Assembly (NCBI GenBank): GCA_017938925.1
Contig: JAGBAO010000013.1
Coordinates: 225,037-289,036, forward strand
Source: Bacteroidales bacterium
GTDB taxonomy: Bacteria > Bacteroidota > Bacteroidia > Bacteroidales > UBA932
Reading direction: 5' to 3'
Length of the DNA: 64,000 bases
Shown one piece after another: positions 58,401 to 64,000 of this stretch. The position numbers were made by a program, and so were the translations under genes. The notes beneath the pieces were generated by a model, which was not told the DNA's origin, made no database searches, and saw only the letters and a list, made by a program, of their open reading frames with translations. The stretch's first letter is position 1, and every line of letters begins with the position of its first letter.

Positions 58401-58607
58401 ACCCTTCCATCCAAACTTACAAAGAAAGCCAAGATATCCAAGGTCAGGGTATATGCAAGCGGACAGAACCTGTTCTGCATCAGCAACTACAGCGGTTTCG
58501 ACCCTGAAGTCAGCACAGCCGGCAGCAACCCTATGACACCTGGACTTGACTGGGGAGCATACCCTAAGAGCCGCATATTCACCGTAGGACTTGACATTCA
58601 ATTCTAA
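55467..58607 (+). CDS. SusC-family TonB-dependent transporter (heparin PUL)
   Basis: VVVGYGTMKKSDLTGSV, INIRG, VLKDASSAAIYGSRAANGV, GAYPKSR..C-terminal Phe. Confidence 0.96.
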   Translation: MTNLYNIWKKAAMVLITMCLAINAFAQDITLNGTVLDENNQPLTGAGVMVKGTTNGEVTDLDGKFTIWLSKKGVDITVSYIGYKTYEFRYAGQDNIIIRLEPDTELLEEIVVVGYGTMKKSDLTGSVASVSSDAIEGYQASTVAGALGGQIAGVQITQTDGTPGASVNINIRGVGTLNGDSSPLFIVDGFQVDNIDWLSNADIESIEVLKDASSAAIYGSRAANGVLMVTTKSGRESKPTISYNGSASYRKISKRLDVLTPYEFVKLQTEVNPDYAKTYFKEGNDEDGVPYKYQSLDDYIGQKGVVWQDETFNPTWSQDHNVSIAGGSSDSQYSALFSHYDEEGIFKNSGFNKTTAKLRFKQKLWKNVTMEATVNYAQTNRRGAGTTADNGRFNMLAQILSARPTGGLKVSDAELLELAIDPEMEEEGESLAQVNPVKQTQSVTNTKRGEMWSGNVSFSWEIIKGLTFRSAATYNNTVTRTNVFYQNGSKEAHRNGKSPYGQSQFNRDVRWVNFNHLTWRQKIKKHSYDVMIGHEVSSKTTEYLQGQAMNFPFDNLENDNLGLGATPSKVASYYAGNSLLSFFARANYNYANRYLFTATMRADGSTVFSAKNKWGYFPSFSAAWRIDKEDFMKNVSWISNLKLRAGWGTVGNDRIANYLSLDLYTPEKYGIGTTMVSVLTPKQLRNSNLKWEGSSTVNLGLDFGFLKDRISLSVDLFDKNTKDLLLAQQLAHATGFSSQMQNIGKIRNRGLEITFNSTNIDRKNFLWQTNFNISFIENKLVSLADGTDYVQARSGFDSNFTANDYIAIVGQSLGLIYGYEWDGLYQADDFVVTPGGEYILKEGVVNNPAYTNGVRPGYVKYVDQTGDGKITTEDRTVIGNALPKWYGGITNTFSFYGVDFSFMFQYNYGNDIYNATRVFATQSRRGRVNMLAEVADRWRPDNANNTVPVYDGYVTNDIYSRFVEDGSFLRLKNVTLGYTLPSKLTKKAKISKVRVYASGQNLFCISNYSGFDPEVSTAGSNPMTPGLDWGAYPKSRIFTVGLDIQF

Positions 58608-58618
58608 AAGCGACGACA

Positions 58619-60283
58619 ATGAAAAGAATATACATCTATCTCGCACTATGCGGCCTTCTCGCCGCTTCATGTACAGGATTTCTCAAAGAGGAAAGCCGTA
58701 CTGAAATAGAAAAGAACGACTTTCTTCTGGATGCGTCTGAGGCTGAGACAGTCCTTCTTGGTGCATACAGGAGCCTCATTGAGGAGGGTACATACGCCCT
58801 GAATCTCTCGATAATGTTCTCCATGGGAACCGATATGTCCCAGGTCGAGGGAAGCACGACGGAAAACTGGCGCATAACGCCGACAAATGCATTCCCTGCC
58901 ACTCAATCCGAAGTGCAGGAAAGCTGGCAGGCACTATACAAAGGTGTCTTCAGGGCCAACGACTTCATCGAAAGGTGTGCAGCCAGAATCGACACATGGA
59001 CTCCGGAAGACAGGAACAAGGGAGTCATATATATAGCAGAGGCCCGTGCACTCAGGGCGCTGTACTATTTCGAACTCGTGCGCCGTTGGGGAAACATTCC
59101 TCTGATGACAAGCACGGCTCAGTCCGAGATGCACCCGAGCACTTTCACTCAGGCCGCTCCGCAAGACGTATATGCCTTCATAGAAGAGGACCTTCTCTAT
59201 GCTGTTGAGACTCTGCCTTATGCAAAGGGTGACACATTCAGAAAAGACAACAGCTACCGTTTCTCCAAGGGTGCTGCCATGGGTCTTCTTGCCAAGGTCT
59301 ATGCGACATGGGCTGGATATCCGGTTCAGGACAGCAGCAAATGGGAGGAAGCAGCAAAAATGGCTCAGAAGCTCATATATTCAGGAAAGCATGACCTGCT
59401 CCCGGACTATCAGACACTTTGGGAGAACACCTGCAACGGAATATGGGACCCGACTGAAAGCCTCATAGAGGTTTCATTCTATAGCCCTACCACCGGAGGC
59501 GGAAATGCCGATCCATGCGGACGTATAGGCAAGTGGAACGGAGTCAAGACCACATCGGTTGCAGGTGTACGAGGAAGATGTGCCGCAAATATGAAGGTGG
59601 TTCACTCCTTTGTGCTTGACTGGAGACAGTATCCGGATGACGCAAGGCGTGACCTTTCAGTTGCTAACTATCAATACAAGGATGACTACATACTCCTGGC
59701 CAGAGGCGCAAGCGACACAGATGAGACGGCTCTAGCTAACGATCTGGATCAAAGCAAGCAACAGAAGAACAAGCAGAGTTATACTCCTGCAAAGTGGGAT
59801 ATCGTCAAGTATGTCAAGGAAGCCAACAATGTCATCAACGACGACAAGTCCAATGTCAACTGGTATATTCTCCGTTACTCGGACGTGCTCCTGCTGTATG
59901 CCGAAGCGCTTAACGAATGGAAGGGAGGTCCGACTGCGGATGCCTATGCAGCAATCAACAAGGTGCGTGCAAGAGGCTATGCCGACAAAGGCGGCTATGA
60001 ACTTTCCGGACTTGACCAGGAGGGCTTCAGACAGGCTGTAAGACAGGAGAGGGCATTTGAACTTGCCTTCGAAGGCCATAGGAAACTCGACCTTATCCGC
60101 TGGGGCATCTACTATGAAACGATACAGGAAACCGATGCGAAACTCAATGCATGGTGGGAAAGTGACGGCACATATAATTATGTGGTTGCAAAGCACACCG
60201 TAAAAGGCAAGCATGAACTCCTCCCTATTCCTCAGAGAGAGCTTGACCTCTGCACACAATTCAAGCAGAATCCTAACTGGTAA
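58619..60283 (+). CDS. SusD/RagB-family lipoprotein (heparin PUL)
   Basis: Lipobox AASC, AEARALRALYYFELVRRWG, LRYSDVLLLYAEA, ERAFELAFEGHRKLDLIRWG, QNPNW. Confidence 0.96.
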   Translation: MKRIYIYLALCGLLAASCTGFLKEESRTEIEKNDFLLDASEAETVLLGAYRSLIEEGTYALNLSIMFSMGTDMSQVEGSTTENWRITPTNAFPATQSEVQESWQALYKGVFRANDFIERCAARIDTWTPEDRNKGVIYIAEARALRALYYFELVRRWGNIPLMTSTAQSEMHPSTFTQAAPQDVYAFIEEDLLYAVETLPYAKGDTFRKDNSYRFSKGAAMGLLAKVYATWAGYPVQDSSKWEEAAKMAQKLIYSGKHDLLPDYQTLWENTCNGIWDPTESLIEVSFYSPTTGGGNADPCGRIGKWNGVKTTSVAGVRGRCAANMKVVHSFVLDWRQYPDDARRDLSVANYQYKDDYILLARGASDTDETALANDLDQSKQQKNKQSYTPAKWDIVKYVKEANNVINDDKSNVNWYILRYSDVLLLYAEALNEWKGGPTADAYAAINKVRARGYADKGGYELSGLDQEGFRQAVRQERAFELAFEGHRKLDLIRWGIYYETIQETDAKLNAWWESDGTYNYVVAKHTVKGKHELLPIPQRELDLCTQFKQNPNW

Positions 60284-60297
60284 CAATTAAACTATAT

Positions 60298-61569
60298 ATG
60301 ATGAAAAGAATTTTTATTCTCATGGCTGTTGCCATGACCGTACTGGCAGGATGCCGGAAGGAAGATTATGGATGGGTCAAGACCGGCATCGACAGGGCAT
60401 GCAGCCAGCTGCTCCTGACAGCCGAAAACATTGACGGCACAGGACAGATGCCACGCTCGATATGGGTGGGCTACGACCTGGATATGCTGAGTTACCAGCT
60501 TGGCAAGAACAAGGAAGAGTTCAAGGACTCCCTCAGGGCACATCCCGGTTCAGACAAGATAGGCAAACTCCGTCTTTGTGGGATATACGACTGGACCAGC
60601 GGATTCTTCCCTGGTTCGCTCTGGTACGCATACGAGCTCAAGGGTGACGAGGCCCTGAAGGACGCTGCTGTCAAATATACCAACATCCTCAACCCTATCC
60701 GCGAATACACAGGTACTCATGACCTTGGTTTCATGATGAACTGCAGCTACGGAAATGCCCTCAGACTCTCTCCGAACGACACCATTCCTGCTGTTCTGAT
60801 CCAGACAGCAGACAATCTGTGCTCCCGTTTCGATGAGAAGATCGGCTGCATCCGCTCATGGGATTTCGGAGAATGGAACTTCCCTGTCATCATCGACAAC
60901 ATGATGAATCTGGACCTTCTTTTCAATGCCACAAAGCTCAGCGGCAATCCATATTATAAGGAAGTGGCGATCAAGCATGCCAACACCACCATGCCTAATC
61001 ATTTCCGTCCGGACCACACAAGCTGGCACGTTGTAAGTTACAATTCTGACGGAACCGTCGAGAAGAAGCAGACATTCCAGGGCAAGAACGACGACTCTGC
61101 ATGGGCACGCGGCCAGGCATGGGGCGTATATGGATATACTGCGACTTTCCGCGAAACAGGTGACAGTACATATCTTGACTTTGCTGTTGCGATTGCAGAC
61201 ATGATCATGTCAAGGGTGCAGACAGAAGATGCCATTCCGTACTGGGATTATGATGCTCCTGCCGGTCCAGACACACCACGCGACGCTTCCGCCGCAGCAG
61301 TAACCGCATGCGGACTCCTTGAACTGAGCACTATGGTCGAGGACGGACAGAAGTATTTCGACTATGCTGAGAAGATACTCAAGAGTCTCTCAAGCGATGC
61401 TTATCTTGCTCAGGAGGGTCAGAACGAAGGCTTCGTGCTCATGCACTCCACAGGTTCGCTTGCTCACGGATCGGAAATCGACGTTCCTCTCAGCTATGCA
61501 GACTACTATTATCTTGAAGGACTGCAAAGATATATGTATATTAGAGGCCTGAAATATAACGAACTTTAA
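60298..61569 (+). CDS. GH88 unsaturated glucuronyl hydrolase
   Basis: DWTSGFFPGSLW, THDLGF, VIIDNMMNL, WARGQAW, DASAAA, YADYYYLE. Confidence 0.93.
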   Translation: MMKRIFILMAVAMTVLAGCRKEDYGWVKTGIDRACSQLLLTAENIDGTGQMPRSIWVGYDLDMLSYQLGKNKEEFKDSLRAHPGSDKIGKLRLCGIYDWTSGFFPGSLWYAYELKGDEALKDAAVKYTNILNPIREYTGTHDLGFMMNCSYGNALRLSPNDTIPAVLIQTADNLCSRFDEKIGCIRSWDFGEWNFPVIIDNMMNLDLLFNATKLSGNPYYKEVAIKHANTTMPNHFRPDHTSWHVVSYNSDGTVEKKQTFQGKNDDSAWARGQAWGVYGYTATFRETGDSTYLDFAVAIADMIMSRVQTEDAIPYWDYDAPAGPDTPRDASAAAVTACGLLELSTMVEDGQKYFDYAEKILKSLSSDAYLAQEGQNEGFVLMHSTGSLAHGSEIDVPLSYADYYYLEGLQRYMYIRGLKYNEL

Positions 61570-61570
61570 T

Positions 61571-63583
61571 ATGATGAAGAGAATATTTATACTGATAGTG
61601 GCAATCCTTGCAGGTTCAGCCGCAGCGGCTCAAGTCCCTGAACTCAAGCCGGAAGTGTTCGATCTTCTTGACCTTGACCGTCCCGGACTGGAACAGGTGA
61701 AGGCCCTACGTTCTGAAGGAAAGGACGCTGAAGCTGCAGCCGCCCTTCTGGACTATTACAAGAACCGCAAGGGAATCCGCACCCCTGAGATCCGTGACGT
61801 GAAGAAGGTGAAGATCAACAAGGAGCAGCAGCAGTGGGCTGACGACGCCTTGAACCACACATTCTTCGCCCACAAGGGCTACCAGCCGTCATATAACTAT
61901 GGAGAAGACATCAACTGGCGCTACTGGCCTGTGGAGGACAACGAGCTTCGCTGGCAGCTTCATCGTCACAAGTGGTTTGCCCCGATGGGAAGGGCATACC
62001 GCGTGAGCGGAGACGAGAAATATGCCATAGAGTGGACCAAGCAGTACATAGACTGGATCAGAAAGAATCCTTATGTGAAGATCAGCAAGGCCGAATATGA
62101 GATAACAAACGACAGCCAGCTCAAGGATGATGCTGAAAACAGCCGTTATGCATGGAGGCCTCTTGAGGTGAGCCACCGTCTGCAGGACCAGCCGATCCAG
62201 TTCCAGCTTTTCATCGACTCCCCTGCCTTCACAGCCGAATTCCTCACCGAATTCCTTGTGAACTACCACAGACATGCAGAGCACATCATCAGCAACTATT
62301 CGAAGCAGGGAAACCATCTGCTGTTCGAAGCTCAGCGCATGCTCTACGCAGGAACATTCTTCCCTGAGTTCAAGAAGGCCGAGACCTGGCGCCAGAGCGG
62401 TGTGGAGGTACTGAACAGGGAGATCAATGTCCAGGTGTACGATGACGGAGGACAATATGAGCTATGCCCGCATTATCACCTCGCTGCCATCAACATCTTC
62501 ATCAAGGCACTGGAAGTCGCCGATGTGAACGGCTTCAGGAATGCTTTCCCTCAGAGCTACATAGACACAATAGAGAAGATGATAGAGTTCTACACGAACA
62601 TCAGCTTCCCAGACTACACCAACCCTTGCTTCAGTGACGCGAAACTGGTCACAAAGAAGGAAATGCTCCGCAACTATCAGAACTGGAGCAAACTCTTCCC
62701 TGACAACGGTCTCATAAGACACATGGCTACAGAAGGGGCAGAAGGTGCTCTCCCTGAGTATCTTTCAAAGGGATATCTCACATCCGGATTCTTCGTGTTC
62801 AGAAATTCATGGGACTCTGATGCCATCCAGATGATCGTCAAGGCCGGTCCTCCTGCATTCTGGCACAACCAGCCGGACAACGGAACCTTTGAACTCTGGT
62901 ACAATGGCAAGAATCTGTTCCAGGACTCTGGCTCATATATCTATGCTGGAAAGGGTGAGGTCATGGAGGAGAGGAACTGGTTCCGCCGGTCGTCAGTCCA
63001 CAACACCCTTACTCTGGGAAACAAGAATTTCGAGACGACAGATTCAAAGACACTTCTGTGGCAGCCTGAGGGCGAAATTCAGATTCTCGTCACAGAAAAC
63101 CAGAGTTACAAGAACCTCAAGCACCGCAGGAGCATATTCTTCGTGGACGGAAGCTACTTCGTCATCGTCGATGAGGCTGTCGGCGACGCCAAAGGCTCTG
63201 TGAATCTGCACTATCAGATGCCGAGAAGCGGGAAGACCACCATCGAGAACACGGCAGAAGAAATGTATTTCGCAACAAACTTCACGGAAGGCAGCAACTT
63301 CAGGCTTGAGTGCTTCGGCCCTGAAGGCATGACCAAGAAGAAGGAAGAGGGCTGGCAGTCCCCTGCCTATAAGAAGAAATACAAGAGAATGAATGTCAGC
63401 TACAACGTCAGGAAGGAAGCCGGAGAGCCGGTCCGCTACATCACAGTCATCGCCTTGAAGGAAAACGGTGGCAACAACCCTAAGATGAGCGCCAAGTTCC
63501 TCGACAAGACATTCGACGAGGGCGGTCTCAAGCTGCAGGTCAAATGCGGCAAGGACAAGAGAACACTTGAATATAACCTATAA
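61571..63583 (+). CDS. hepC: Heparan-sulfate lyase HepC / heparinase III (PL12), periplasmic
   Basis: SpI-type signal, [61 protein letters not shown]. Confidence 0.9.
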   Translation: MMKRIFILIVAILAGSAAAAQVPELKPEVFDLLDLDRPGLEQVKALRSEGKDAEAAAALLDYYKNRKGIRTPEIRDVKKVKINKEQQQWADDALNHTFFAHKGYQPSYNYGEDINWRYWPVEDNELRWQLHRHKWFAPMGRAYRVSGDEKYAIEWTKQYIDWIRKNPYVKISKAEYEITNDSQLKDDAENSRYAWRPLEVSHRLQDQPIQFQLFIDSPAFTAEFLTEFLVNYHRHAEHIISNYSKQGNHLLFEAQRMLYAGTFFPEFKKAETWRQSGVEVLNREINVQVYDDGGQYELCPHYHLAAINIFIKALEVADVNGFRNAFPQSYIDTIEKMIEFYTNISFPDYTNPCFSDAKLVTKKEMLRNYQNWSKLFPDNGLIRHMATEGAEGALPEYLSKGYLTSGFFVFRNSWDSDAIQMIVKAGPPAFWHNQPDNGTFELWYNGKNLFQDSGSYIYAGKGEVMEERNWFRRSSVHNTLTLGNKNFETTDSKTLLWQPEGEIQILVTENQSYKNLKHRRSIFFVDGSYFVIVDEAVGDAKGSVNLHYQMPRSGKTTIENTAEEMYFATNFTEGSNFRLECFGPEGMTKKKEEGWQSPAYKKKYKRMNVSYNVRKEAGEPVRYITVIALKENGGNNPKMSAKFLDKTFDEGGLKLQVKCGKDKRTLEYNL

Positions 63584-63587
63584 TCAT

Positions 63588-64000
63588 ATGAGCAGAATAA
63601 AGGCAGCATATGCACTCCCACTGGCGGCTGCAGGTCTCTCGGCCTGCAGCAATGCCGTGGAACAGGAGCGGCCTAACATTATTTTCATCATGACGGATGA
63701 CCACACCACGCAGGCCATGTCCTGTTATGGTGGGAATCTGATCGAGACCCCGAACATGGACAGGATCGCGGACGAAGGCATGAGGTTCGACAACTGCTAC
63801 GCCACCAATGCCCTGTCAGGTCCTTCACGTGCCTGCATTCTCACCGGCAAGTTCAGTCACAAGAACGGATTCACCGACAATGCGAGCACGTTCGACGGCT
63901 CACAGCTGACATTCCCGAAGGTGATGAGGGAAAACGGCTATGCAACGGGAGTTGTGGGCAAATGGCATCTGATAAGCAAGCCTCAGGGATTCGACCACTG
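63588..64000 (+). CDS. S1 sulfatase, Ser-type (partial; BT4656-like position)
   Basis: Not in track. [20 protein letters not shown]...[12 protein letters not shown]...[11 protein letters not shown]...[13 protein letters not shown]...GKWHL; open to window end. Confidence 0.92.
   Translation, partial: MSRIKAAYALPLAAAGLSACSNAVEQERPNIIFIMTDDHTTQAMSCYGGNLIETPNMDRIADEGMRFDNCYATNALSGPSRACILTGKFSHKNGFTDNASTFDGSQLTFPKVMRENGYATGVVGKWHLISKPQGFDH

Noticed and set aside
1-64000. tRNA, rRNA, prophage, integrase or conjugative genes
   Set aside because: None recognised on either strand.

Overview
Chromosomal window of a Bacteroidales-type bacterium (TAnnTTTG -7 promoters, SusC/SusD pairs, HTCS, lipoprotein signals). 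Two glycan-utilisation regions flank the housekeeping pair rpsO-pnp (38.6-41.4 kb). Left region (1-38.2 kb): SusC/SusD, BACON lipoproteins, a calcineurin-like phosphoesterase, four EEP phosphoesterase domains (one apparently catalytically dead), two GH3, GH78, GH97, GH30, a GH39-like enzyme, an SGNH esterase, an FAD oxidoreductase, a DUF6377/SusR-like regulator and an Rpn nuclease gene. Four promoters there share a GAATCTATAT-like motif 37-38 nt upstream of the -7 box. Right region (41.7-64 kb): a heparin/heparan-sulfate PUL in the gene order of B. thetaiotaomicron BT4663-BT4656 (HTCS, PL12, SGBP, SusC, SusD, GH88, PL12 HepC, sulfatase), interrupted by a divergent cassette. Main discovery candidate: three cassettes, each at a PUL promoter region, made of a 41-47 aa unannotated 'YxxP...L(C/V)xS' peptide gene directly upstream of a type V pilin (fimbrillin)-like lipoprotein. 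The three complete pilin-like genes carry C-terminal cargo: two AT-rich beta-helix domains and one apparently intact PL12 heparinase. This suggests a modular pilin-based display system for glycan-degrading enzymes. All family assignments are from motif recognition by eye; no searches were run.
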